NCBI GenBank assembly: GCA_002633005.1
Contig: NMRA01000028.1
Span: 210,461-274,460, forward strand
Origin: Phoronis australis
Taxonomy: Eukaryota; Animalia; Phoronida
Reading direction: 5' to 3'
DNA: 64,000 nt
Shown here: positions 13,701-25,200 of the stretch, piece after piece
Numbering within the stretch: position 1 is the first letter of the stretch
Layout: every line of letters starts with the position of its first letter
Position numbers and translations under genes: made by a program
The notes under the pieces: model-generated
What the model was told of the DNA's origin: nothing
Database searches by the model: none
Seen by the model: only the letters and a program-made list of their open reading frames with translations

Positions 13701-15080
13701 ACTGGACGAGAAATGTAACTTTTACAACCTAAAACGTTTGTTTAATGTTGCCATAATATGTTCGTCATTAATTCTGCTGGGTGTGCAATATAATTGGGTC
13801 AATTACCAAACCACCAGGCAGAAGTTGGATTTTGAGGTAAGCCAAGTGTCATCATACAATTCTTGGCATGTGGACTATAAAATAAGTAACCGAAATTTCA
13901 TGAGAATTGACCCACCCAAGGCAGACAAATCAACATTTAAAACAGCTGAAAGCGTCACAATGACCAATAAAAATTTGCCTTATAAATGAATTCAATTGCA
14001 GTAGTCGTTGCAAATAACTGGCATATCTAGTGCATAAATATAACATTGCTTTTGAAGAAATGTCCTAATAAGCTACTAAAAATAAACACATAATTTTATG
14101 TGAACATTTTCTTAATGAAAAAATCCAAAAAGGCTGTCGACAACATTGAATAGCTTATAAGACTGAAACTGTTATTATTGGTTCATTATGTCACTCACAA
14201 TAAAGAAAAAAAAACAGATCTGAACTCAGGTGACACGCCCCTCTTCATGTGCTAACAGGAAATACTCTTTCATGTTGTTTTAAAGAAAATTTAATAATTG
14301 TACCACTCAAAATGTAGTTTTATCCACCTTAGAAATGATTAAATCCCATTTCGCTGCCGTTTGAGTCCCTAAAACATCCGTAATGTCTTGAAACGACCAC
14401 TTTACTCTACCAGAGCGTCTACTGCTCAGTTGTCTCCCCTTGTTATGCAAGTCGACCATTTCAGCAGATTGTTTGCACAATCAGCTGATTTTCAAACGGC
14501 TGAACTCACCTCTCAGGAACAAAACCAAGGTCAAACGCCTTCCAAGGCCCCACAGTGTACCACCCTTGTTTACCTGTTGGTCTAGTTATCACGGCTTTGC
14601 GTCGAGGCCGAGAGCGCACTAGAACAAAATATGCAGGCCTACTTGTAAGCACTTGACTAGTTCAAACGAACACATGTCCGGTCGCTGGAAACCGAAAGCT
14701 AAACAAAGTGCGATCTTTGACAGATACTTTAAGTCCAAATACAGAGGGCAACTAATGACACATTTGGGGAGGCTGTTCGGTAAATCAACACCACAGTTAC
14801 CCACAAAATGAAAATGGATTTGAGCCTTTTGCCTGTCGATGCACGAAGCCGAGAACACGAGGTTGGTCCAAGCTGTCCAAGGCAAGGCGAAGCCGACGCC
14901 CGGCGCAGTTCTAGTCTTAGTTCTGGGATTGAATTTGAGTTCAAAAACTGTTTCAATCTGTTTGCAATTCAGACATATGATTAAACAAGAGTCAATCATG
15001 ATTTTCTCACCATTGGTTGTCTCAGTCTTGGAAGTATTTTCTGCAGAAACACGACTTTTTTCACCACTGTTGGACGCCAT
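7713..15080 (-). CDS. Uncharacterised ~214-aa protein, 6 coding exons: 15080-15011, 14947-14801, 14618-14510, 12709-12658, 10420-10211, 7769-7713
   Basis: ATG in an AAGATGGCG context. All introns are GT-AG with compatible phases (1,1,2,0,0), giving 645 nt open to TAA. Product MASNSGEKSRVSAENTSKTETTN-VFELKFNPRTKTRTAPGVGFALPWTAWTNLVFSASCIDRQKAQIHFHFV-VRSRPRRKAVITRPTGKQGWYTVGPWKAFDLGFVPE-SEKKAKVTENKAADISSE-PSPSSSHRSK...KNGSQLR-QSPVRLDRSYQRLEQLSK*. No family recognised. Confidence 0.65.
8130..10200 (-). mobile_element. Degraded HINE-family fragments in an intron
   Basis: Diverged copies of the ccactag../aaatttca/gagatacag modules, with terminal tgggcgca-like motifs near 10001 and 10186. Confidence 0.5.
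10211..10420 (-). CDS. Exon 5 of the uncharacterised gene (Lys/Ser-rich)
   Basis: Acceptor ttcttttcag, donor gtgggt, 210 nt open: PSPSSSHRSKVTKPEASDIKKVNFNHSLKKANKEPMKAGSSKETGSRKSSFLDDMLEKKMKAQKNGSQLR. Confidence 0.7.
11620..12075 (-). mobile_element. Degraded HINE-family fragment
   Basis: Same modules as above; ends in acagagataacagcaatatgtacccat...atatgtgggcataaaa. Confidence 0.5.
13420..13870 (+). repeat. Dispersed repeat; inverted copy at ~43128-43575
   Basis: catgaaaagaatcctaagttgacacc...gaggtaagccaagtgtcatcatacaattcttggca aligns over ~450 bp to the reverse complement of 43128-43575. Confidence 0.75.
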
Positions 15081-15083
15081 CTT
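15074..15083 (-). promoter_or_regulatory. YY1-like AAGATGGCG motif overlapping the start codon
   Basis: The minus strand reads cagAAGATGGCGtcc. This motif is typical of metazoan housekeeping-gene starts. Confidence 0.4.
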
Positions 15084-16531
15084 CTGGACACGCCCAACAT
15101 CCGGGTAATACCCGACACACCCACTAGCAATGATGCTCCGTCGCGTTATCAATGAAATCCACCAGGTCACCATAACGAGTTCAATGCAAATTCTAGCCAT
15201 GAATGGTAGATGTAAGGCTGCAGATGAACAGTAATTTTTAGTTGCTCTGTCAATTCCATTTTTGCTTATTTGCATTTAATACTGGTAGGGTTTGAATCGA
15301 GTGTCATTGACATACTCGTTACGGTGTACAGCCAAAACTTCCTGAGTCAGCTCATTCTTAACTTTCCATGCCGCAAATTTTGGTAAGTACATGGGCTATT
15401 TACTGCTAAATGGAAATTAAACCCAGGGCAGTTGTCGCAATGATTTTAAGATTAGAGGTGACTGGATAAAAATCTGGTTCACTCCACATTTGATGTAATT
15501 ACGATGTCTCATTACGATTGTTCGCCTGGTCTAAAAATGTTCAGACCGTTATCATAAACAATATTTAACTACCTACAATAAGCACGAGGCTAATTGCTGA
15601 CAGACACATCAGACCCTTACTCCAAAACCACACATGAATGGATGGAACTACTTTTGACCAGCTGCATCAGTTTAATAAACAATTTAGGGGATAAAAAGCA
15701 AAAGGACAGTTTATAACCAAGCTTTCTGCGGTAAATGCGAACACCGGGGATTATATACATGAACCAGTGAGACAACTGAAAACACGAAATACCAGTAACA
15801 TATACTCAGTATCGTATTATTATTTATACAAATGTTAAACAAAGCATTGCACAACGTCAATGGAAATTTTTCAAAACCTACAGATTAAATTAGGACTCAG
15901 GAAAGTCCAAGAAATGACAGTAAAATCAAATACCGCTTGTAGTTCTAACAACTAAGCTTGTATAAAATAAACAATCTCCGTTTCTTCAAAGCTTGTTAAT
16001 ACAAGAAATAGAGGCGAGCAACTAATGAGACATAATTTGAACCAAAGTTTCAGCAACTGAACTGTAAAACTTTAACATTCATCAGAGGTAATTGCAACCA
16101 ATGATAAAAAATACATGGATGCAGAATAACGGTAATTGTATTTCACTTATCCAATTAGAAGTATAGTGGTGTAGAACAGAACGTGACAAATTGATGTAGA
16201 ATAGGAACGATGTACACACACATATATTACCACAGTCAATGGATGTTCAGTAGACGCAAAAGACCGAAACAAACCCAAACAAATGGAAAATTACGACACA
16301 ATTACAACATTGTAGTACTCCACAAGTCTGATGAAAATGCAGAAGAATCTGGCCTATATAGATGACATTACGTCCGAATAAGCGAGGAATTTATTTTTAC
16401 GCTTGAATAATCTGATTAATTTGTTCACGTTTCATATAGAGTGGAGTATTCTTCTTTTTCTTCAACAACAAGGTTTTTTTAAAAACATTTAAAAATGTCG
16501 CCTGTATAGTATTAATTTTTGTTCTCGTTAT

Positions 16532-17004
16532 TCATAAGTTGATAAAATGTTTAGTTGTTGGAATTTTGACCTTTCCTTTATGTTTAGTCCGTTCAGTTAA
16601 TGTTATTTGTGAAATGAACATTTTCCCACAGCCAAATTGTTTTCATGTATAGAAAACTCTTTCAAAGAGTTTCTAGTAGAAACTTCAGAGTTCAGCTTTT
16701 TGCAGANCAATTTTGACAAGGTAAGAGTTACAGCTAATTATCCTATGTGACAGTCTAAATTGAAACCAACGAAGTTTCACGTCAAGTGTAAAATTCAGAA
16801 AGTAGGCAAATTTCCACCATTCTGTAGTGTCATAAGTTGATAAAATGTTTAGTTGTTGGAATTTTGACCTTTCCTTTATGTTTAGTCCGTTCAGTTAATG
16901 TTATTTGTGAAATGAACATTTTCCCACAGCCAAATTGTTTTCATGTATAGAAAACTCTTTCAAAGAGTTTCTAGTAGAAACTTCAGAGTTCAGCTTTTTG
17001 CAGA
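16532..17004 (+). repeat. Identical ~175-bp direct duplication around a single N (likely assembly artefact)
   Basis: 16532-16706 equals 16830-17004; the first copy ends exactly at the N at 16707. Confidence 0.7.
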
Positions 17005-18800
17005 GAATGTTGCTTTTCAGATTTTAGGTGTGTTCCCTGCAACTGAATCTAAGATAAAAGAGTAGGAAACAACCAGATGACCACCTGGGATTGCCACTTT
17101 TAAGGCTAAGGGATAATTTGATTTTCTGTTATAAAAATCAAACAAAAGTACGATTTTATAGTTGATCGAGACTTAGTGAGAGAGGATATAATTCTTCGGG
17201 GGTTTGCCACCATTTCCCGTCATCATAGCGTGGACTTCATTTTACTTTTTTGCCATCATCTGATTCCCTTCTCTATGTGTGATAAGATCTCCTTGAGAAA
17301 GAATCAAGTTTCACGTACCGGTAGGCAAACTGTTGTTTACAGCTTTATTTACGTTTTGTTGTCTTCAATCCATTAACTACAGAAAATAAATCAAATACAC
17401 TGGGTGATTTAGAACAGGCACTAACAAAACACAAATGAATTACCAATTAGTGATTGCACACTCAGTTAATGTTAAGTAAACGTAATTGAAGAGCATTTAT
17501 TTATAGGTACCCTGAGTACATGCATACCTATTTTCTCTCCTCCTAATGACGGAGCTTTAATGTGTTGGAGGGGTATTTTGGTGCTGTCTTGGGACTGAAG
17601 TTCCCTTATCTATTTCTCCTGGTTTTATCTCCACTGTCACATAGGAATTAGTCTCAGTCCCTAGCTGAAGTAGTTGTAGGTAACAACCCACACTATCACA
17701 ACAAATAGACTAAAAAGAGACATGCAGGGTACAGCCTAATGTACATGGGATTCTAGGAAGTGAAGCAATACGCGATTACGGCCATAAAAGTGACTCAACT
17801 GCGTATTTGTCCTGTTCACTTCAATGTTGTTAACCAAACACATGTGGAACGCTTGACAGAACATATGTATAGCCAAAACATAATCTGGGATCGAACAGAA
17901 TGATGATGGTTTCAAGAAAGCGCCCTAAATTGTCAAATGGATTTAGAGGTTGCACTCTACCATGACAAATGGATAGTTTATAAAATTGTGACATCAGCTT
18001 ATTTCTAAGCTGTAAGGTAACCTTGGTTAGCTTCATTCTCATTTTGGGATGCATATAAAGTGTACAGTAAGCTTGTTCAGAGTGTTTCTTTTAATACTTG
18101 TACGAAAATGGAGAATTAGTTTACTTTGGTTAATTAAATTCAATGTAGTAACCACTTTTAGTTTACACATTCAAATGAAAAACTATAATTAATGAATAAA
18201 CACGATTGCTTATTTATATTAATAATGTCTAAGATTCTTTTGACAACTGTTGCCAACTTTATAAAAGTGTGCCATTATCTTGTGTCTTGTTCTACTCACA
18301 GGTGCTCATTGAAATGGATGGCACCAGTGACGTCTGCATAACCAACTTACACAGGGACATATAATTGCGCAACTTAAAAAGTTCTCAATATATGATGTAG
18401 CTGTAAAGCTATTATATCCACTATTACGAAAATATCATGACGTTCTGGAAAGTGCATGAATGAAACTGAAAGCTTGTATCAAATCACCAAATGAAAACCT
18501 GTACAGAAAATCACTATTTATACACCACTTTCACATCAACTTATTATTTTGTAAAATTATAAATATTGGATGTAGAAAGAATCGATGTCATCTCATACAC
18601 TGTTTTTGTGTTGTTTTTGTATATTTTAACGAAAACTCTTTAAGTATTTTATAAAAATTCATTTTTAGCGTGTACAGAATACTAGGCTGGGTGTTAGTTC
18701 CAATGTTTACTATTACTACTAGCCGCTACTAGTAGTGATAATGAGGATGTCGGTAAGTTGACACTTTCTACGTTATAAACATAACAGCTGTCCGAGATAT

Positions 18801-19050
18801 GGGACCTGTTCCAAGAAACTGACTTAAGTTCATTTTTGACTTTAGTTTAAGATTCATCTTAACTTCCAAACTTTGAAACTTCCACATTCGGTAAGTTAGT
18901 CAAAATTAAGACACAACTTATGTCAAACACTTAAGTCAAACTTAAGATCTCTTTCTTGGATTGGTTTTGAGACAAATTTAATTATGATTCTAAAATTTAC
19001 TAAAATTTAAGATTTGTCTTAGCTAAGTCAGTTTTGTTAAAACAGGCCCC
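18801..19050. mobile_element. MITE, PIF/Harbinger-like termini
   Basis: Imperfect TIRs gggacctgttccaagaaactgactta / taagtcagttttgttaaaacaggcccc, with an internal TTAAG-rich body. Confidence 0.65.
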
Positions 19051-22016
19051 TGTACTGTTGTAGCTAAAGACCAAGCGAGTTTTTTCTCATGTGACAAGTA
19101 ATGTCAGCGACGTCCAACTATACTAACGTTGGCCTACATTGACAACGTACTTCTTTAATACTTTATGGCTACTTTTACTGAGAGGCAAATTTTAGACGAT
19201 TATGTCGTGCTTGTATTCAGTTGCCATTGACAGGTGTGATTTACGATGAGTCTTACTTTTTGTCTTAGTTTCTTCGCCATGTAAGATTTAAATTTACTGT
19301 TACATAACAGGACCAGAAAACAAGTAACCGCGAGATGTGCAGCACAACATATAATCTTTTGTTTTCTGAAATTATGAGCATTTATTTTTCCCGAGTAATA
19401 ATCAACTGCCAGTTCTTCCGTCTCTAAACCAGACTAGTCAGGGTATAATTTAAGATCAGTGGTCTGAGTGAAAAGAATTTTTTTTGAAAGAAGTCGAGAA
19501 TATATCACTCAACATTAAAACATGTTTGCAACAACGCTGGTTCCGTTTATGGTTATTTAGGACCTTATCAATATTTGAAAAAATGTAGAAATTAGCTTTT
19601 TAAAAGTATATATTTCCGAAAGTAGAGAGACTGCAGTTTTTTTACCCTTATGCCAACCCTTCATTAATTAGGGCACGTGATCACATTTGTTGGTAAAATT
19701 TAAAAAGAACAAAAAATACGCAAAAGATTTATGCAACTCAGTTGAGCACAGGCGGATACAGGTTGGAGGGTCAAATGGGTCTTGACCCCCATTTTCCCTC
19801 AATTTTATTGATATCAAATCTAGAATTTTCAAATTGTTGACTTGTACCACCCTTCTTAAAAAATCTTTGATCCGATACCCCCCTTTTAAAAAATCCTGGA
19901 TCTGTCACCATTGAGTCGATATTTGGTACTGTTTCATGAAATTGGGCACAGACCCCCCTACTTGAAAATAATTTTAATATTATTTCAAATCAAAGTTTGT
20001 GTGTTAAACTTTTAATAATTAATTGATACTAACACCTGGAATATTTGGTTGAGGTTCCCCGTTTTTGCCCCTAACTTTTTCTTCAGGAGACCTATCTTAT
20101 GTTTATTACTTCCGTGACCCCCCTGGACAAAATTCTACAGGTTCTGTACCTGTCCATCCTCAAATCGCACCTCTGATTACTGAGTCGCCCTCTTGCTTAT
20201 GATGTATTTCTCGTTAATTTATATTACCTTTGCTATCCAAATTTTTTCTTGATTTGTTCTATATTTTGCCTATGTGTATTTTTCCATTACACTGCTCATG
20301 TTTTTGTCCTCAATATTTTAAACAAAGACACACACGGAAGAACGTATCCCATTTTCTACCCGATGATATTTGGATGTATCTATCCTAAGACGATAGCAAA
20401 AAGTCAAGGATTATCCACCCGAAATAATAATTATTCCCAAGGCGACCTGGCAGTATGTCTGACTAACCAACCCTTCAGGACAAGTACCCTCCCCCCTCCA
20501 ANCCTCCTACCATCTGGCATGACCTGGTGTCTGCACTCAAGTACTTTCTTTATAAATTTATAAACATTTATGCACATATTTTTTACAATAGTGCGCCTGC
20601 CTCCACTGCAGCCAAATGTTGAATTTTGTCAAAAGTTAGGCTTCTCGAGAACTCAGACTATTGGTAAAGATTTTGCGAAGATTCTTTGACCCGTCAAGGA
20701 CTGGACGTAGCGCTGAGTCATAAACATACTCAACTATTTTACTTCAGAATGTCTGCGACAAAAACTTAAAGAGGCATGGAACGCGAAAACTCGTAAAAAT
20801 TACCTTTTTTAACAGTTGGCAGCAAATCTACTTCTTGGGGTGCTAAGTTGAGAGTTATTCACTAGATAGAATGGAAATGTGCTACGTCTGTCTTTGAATA
20901 GCAAATAAGGAGAGATGCTTTGCCGTATGGGGGAAAATCGACGAAGTGACGAGCAGTTGACACATTGTTCTATTGACGTTTGAAAGTAAAAAGGAGAAAT
21001 GCCATGACATATCAACAGAAATTCAAAATCTTTACGAATAAACCGTGAAAAACTGGTGAACAGTTTGACTTCTGTTTCAGTAGCAGAGAAACACTTTGAA
21101 TAACGCAGTTTAGTCTGTTTTCAGGTTCTTTGTCACTTTAAGAGGTACGGGGTTCCCTGCTCACACCCTCCCTGCTCAGAGAAAAGAGGATGAAGACTCC
21201 GTCCACGCACATTGCGATCCGCGAAAAATCTCTTTTGACCACCTGAGTAAAATAATATCTTCTTCAAAGTTGAATTTCCAAGAAATGGAGACAAAACGTT
21301 CTTCAAAAGTTGCAATTATAAGTGTATTCCTTTGTGCAATGCCATAACATGGTATACTACGAGCACAACCAGCAAGTGACTCAAAATATTGTTATTCCTT
21401 CCTTAGTCAACATGAATAAAATAGCACGTGGAGTCATTAACAACTTTTTCACAACGACAGTGAACTGCTTTTATTTCAGTCCCAGTGCGGCAGTCCAGAA
21501 TACTGAACGAAAAGAATATATATATATATTTAGTGGAATTAGCGTATTTACAAATGGTCAAGTCATAGTATCCGCTGTTCCATACACGAAATGTCAATAC
21601 CTTATTTCGCAATAATATTTTATCACGCATCTTGCTCTCTTCAACAATTTCAGCCAACAATCCGGTACAGTGCGACTGAAGGCCCAAACACTGTACATGT
21701 TCCTCTAGCAAGAACGGCATCAGTCTCTAGGCACCATGAGTACTAACGTCTCACACGGAGACTGCTTTGACAGGTTGTTTCATAAATATAGCTTGCAAGT
21801 TGGCACATTCGATTAAATATGAAATTACATGTTCAAAATTTATCAGAGTCCGTCCTCCTCGCAACTGATCGTGGCTTTCTAACAGCGCCACCGATATGTC
21901 GCTAATTTGCCCTCTGTTCCCCCTCACCACAGTACGTCATGCTCTGTACACAAATTAAGCAATAATATCATAGAAGTATGTACTCATAATATGCAGGTGC
22001 ACCTATCAAACATTCT

Positions 22017-22203
22017 TCATGTTTCAGATGGCCACCTTGACAAACTTCTTAACCGCCTGTGTCTAAACCGTCGTCGCTTCGGCTTTTTGATTCGCCTCCG
22101 CCTAGAATTTTTCTTGCCCTTTTTCTTCGGACAATAGCCTGTGATTGGATCGAATGCACCATGCCTACACGTCGGCAAGTGACATTTTTCCTCCTTTACG
22201 CAC
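22017..22203 (-). CDS. PVF: PVF last coding exon (Cys-rich end plus basic tail)
   Basis: Acceptor ttatttcag; (K)CVKEEKCHLPTCRHGAFDPITGYCPKKKGKKNSRRRRIKKPKRRRFRHRRLRSLSRWPSET*. Confidence 0.82.
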
Positions 22204-25200
22204 CTGAAATAACAACATGAAGGCAATTTTGCCATGGCCGGTATTTGATTAATTTTGTATTAACCGACGTATAATTAATACAAAATCAACGTGACTGACG
22301 TTTGATCTTGCACATCACCTAGACAGTGTGGACACAGCACCCTTCCTCAATGGATCATGGGCTATAGCACCACAGCCGCCCTGTGGCGCACCGCCGTAGA
22401 TCCTGGACTGCACAGCACTGAAATCAGTGGGGGGCTACAGTCCCCCACAGCCCCTTATGGTGCGCTGCCCATGTGTATCCCCGATTGTGAGTTGTTATTC
22501 GTTAAATCAACTGTGCGCCAGTATCAATATGAATTTCCATGACAAATTGGTGCACCTGTATTTTCGCAGTCGATTGAAAGTGTAAGTTTGATGTTGATTC
22601 TTACAAACGGGTGGGACGGTGGTTCAAGTTTCACGTCAAGTTTAACTGGAGTGGGGACGAGGGGCACGTGCTTCTCCCCCAATAATTTGCAGGCTTCAGG
22701 GTTAAATCGTGACAAAAAATCCAAGAAAACATTTGTGCTTGATTTACCCTTAAGTTCTCCTGCATTGTTAGGGAGCCCGTTTGTTGCAATATTGTTAGGG
22801 AGCCCGTTTGTTGCAACATTTAAACGCACTTGAAAACATGGACTTAATGCACATGTATTTCGAAAAAGTTGAGAAAATTTGCAAAGCACAGCTTTTACAG
22901 ATTATATTAATTCACTGGATTTTTAAAATGAAGAAGCAATTTTAGGTAATGCAAAATTATATTTCTCAAGGGACTTATCTGACGCTTTCTTTTTTCATTT
23001 TTTCTCGAAATTGTATATCACTTGACAAAAATTGAGAACCAGACAGATGGCATCAACTGCTGCTGAAATGATGTATTCTTTTATATTTAGGGTCCCATTG
23101 ATAGTATCCATGCGGCCACCTTTTTCATGTCTTTTATATGACCGCTCACAGAGTTAGGGTCCAGTGATGGAATCAATTGCTTCTGTTTTACTGTTTTTGT
23201 GAAATCGTACAACCTTTTATGTTAAGGAAGGGCACTTCTTGACCGAGCGTCAAACGATGATAGAATTAACTGTCACTCTTTTCCATTTTTAATGATGTTT
23301 GGCCTTTCATACTTAGGGGCCACCTTTCAGGAGTCCGCTCTCGAAGGGGCGGTCCAAGGCAATTGCCTCTTTGCCCCTTTATAAATCCAACACTGTCAAC
23401 TATTCCTGAGGAGAAGACGACGAGATTTTAAAACCATGCAAAGCCTAGAAGTATTAAGATATTCGTCCCAAACAACTGAAAATGGCTGTGTTGAAAAATA
23501 CAATAGAATGGACCGCCATCGAAAGGATGGAAGATTGAAAAACTCGAAGTTTACTATTTGTGATTAACACAAAAGGAATATTTCCGATGGTTTTACAACA
23601 ATAAAATAATGATACTCTTCCCATAGAATTGTAAGAATACCATTCCTTTAAATGTCTTTATTAGGAGTTGTTTGTAAGAAAATCATACATGTCGAAAGGA
23701 CTGGCGGGGTTACGTTTTTGATGGTCTTGTACAAGGTACATGTCAAGCGGATGAAGGTAAGGTACTGTATATAAGCTAGCGATCGTAAACTTTCAGCGAT
23801 TTTTGGAGTAGAAGTTTAACTCACAAAACCTTAATATCTACCTCTGGCATGAACCAAAATACAAGCTAACACGATTAAATTCGAAAAACGTCTTTCCAAA
23901 GTCCGTGGGATGTCCCATCTCCCATGTTCCCTCAGTTGCCCGTCAAGAATTTGCGAGAATGCCTTCGGGAATTGCTTATAATATTCTGTTTTGATAAACA
24001 ACGAATGTAGTCCAATTTATTGGTTTTTGACTGGGATTTACGTGTTTATGTATCTACGAAAATCTATTGATACATGTAAATGATTTTTTGACAATTACAA
24101 GCTAATGTTGTAAGAATTTACGATGCTTCAGGGAACTTAGCTAGAAGCTGAAGATGGGAAAATCATATGATCCTCAAACAGCAACGTTCTCTGGACGATT
24201 TTGCCTATATGAAATACCTCCCTTCGGACAATACTACAAGGTGTTTCACGATTCAAATGACAAGAAATGCATTGTTTGTTGACTTAGAAACAAGATAACT
24301 GGTTTAAATTCACAAACGGGTGATAAAAAGACTTTTAAGAGTCTTTAAATCACATTAAAGGAATGGCTTCTTGGGAAGAATTTATAGTTGCCTTTGCACT
24401 TAATTCCTAGTAGTATAGCACAATACATTTTCTCGTTCCTGAAACTGAGTCATTCCTGTGCTTACAGAGCACGTGATGTCTAACGCATCCACTTTCAAAA
24501 TAAGGTGTAACCAAACAGTGGATCCGGGCGCAGAATCTGATCCACGGGAACTCAATTGAACTCCCGACATTGTACTAAAATGTGGGTACATTTTGGGATA
24601 CCCTGTCTATCATTAATTTGTCCCAAACCACCAGAAACTGGGCTTTCCGTGTTTTAACAATAGGTTTTGAAACAGCTCCACTGGAAAAGTACCAGGGGAC
24701 ACCGGAGTCTTACCCTTTCATAATATATCTTTAAAACATGGCCCTAATAAGATGAACTTTCACCAAACTGGACCGTAATAAAATCAATCTTGACCTTTAG
24801 GCCCGGGCAGACGTATGGGTACGAGCTCGAGTTGCCTTAAATCTTAATTGAATCATAGTTGAGCTCTACACCTAGTTAATCCAGTCTGCTCACAGCTATA
24901 GGTCACTTCAGTTGAGGCAGAGAGCAAAAATTTGGCTCTCACAATTTTCACCATCCTGCGCTCCTGAAATGCATATTTACGAAAGATGTAGATCAGCAGA
25001 CTGTCCTGTTGTCTTACTTTAGTTGGCTTGTTGAAAGCGACTTTCTCCCATTTTTTACTGCTTTGCACGACCTCTCTCGGTCAAAACACTCGCAGCTGCA
25101 GTGTGGGCCGTTCCGCCTCAAAATAAACGGAACCGGGCATCGGGTGCACCTGGAAGGGAAAAGTCACAATAATTCAGGTTCATCAGGAAATCATGTATCG

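Noticed and set aside
14619-15275. 218-aa single-exon ORF
   Set aside because: Better explained as exons 1-2 of the spliced gene plus open intron and UTR sequence.
16532-17004. Perfect 175-bp direct repeat resembling LTRs of a mini-element
   Set aside because: The first copy ends exactly at an N and there are no LTR hallmarks; likely a scaffolding artefact.
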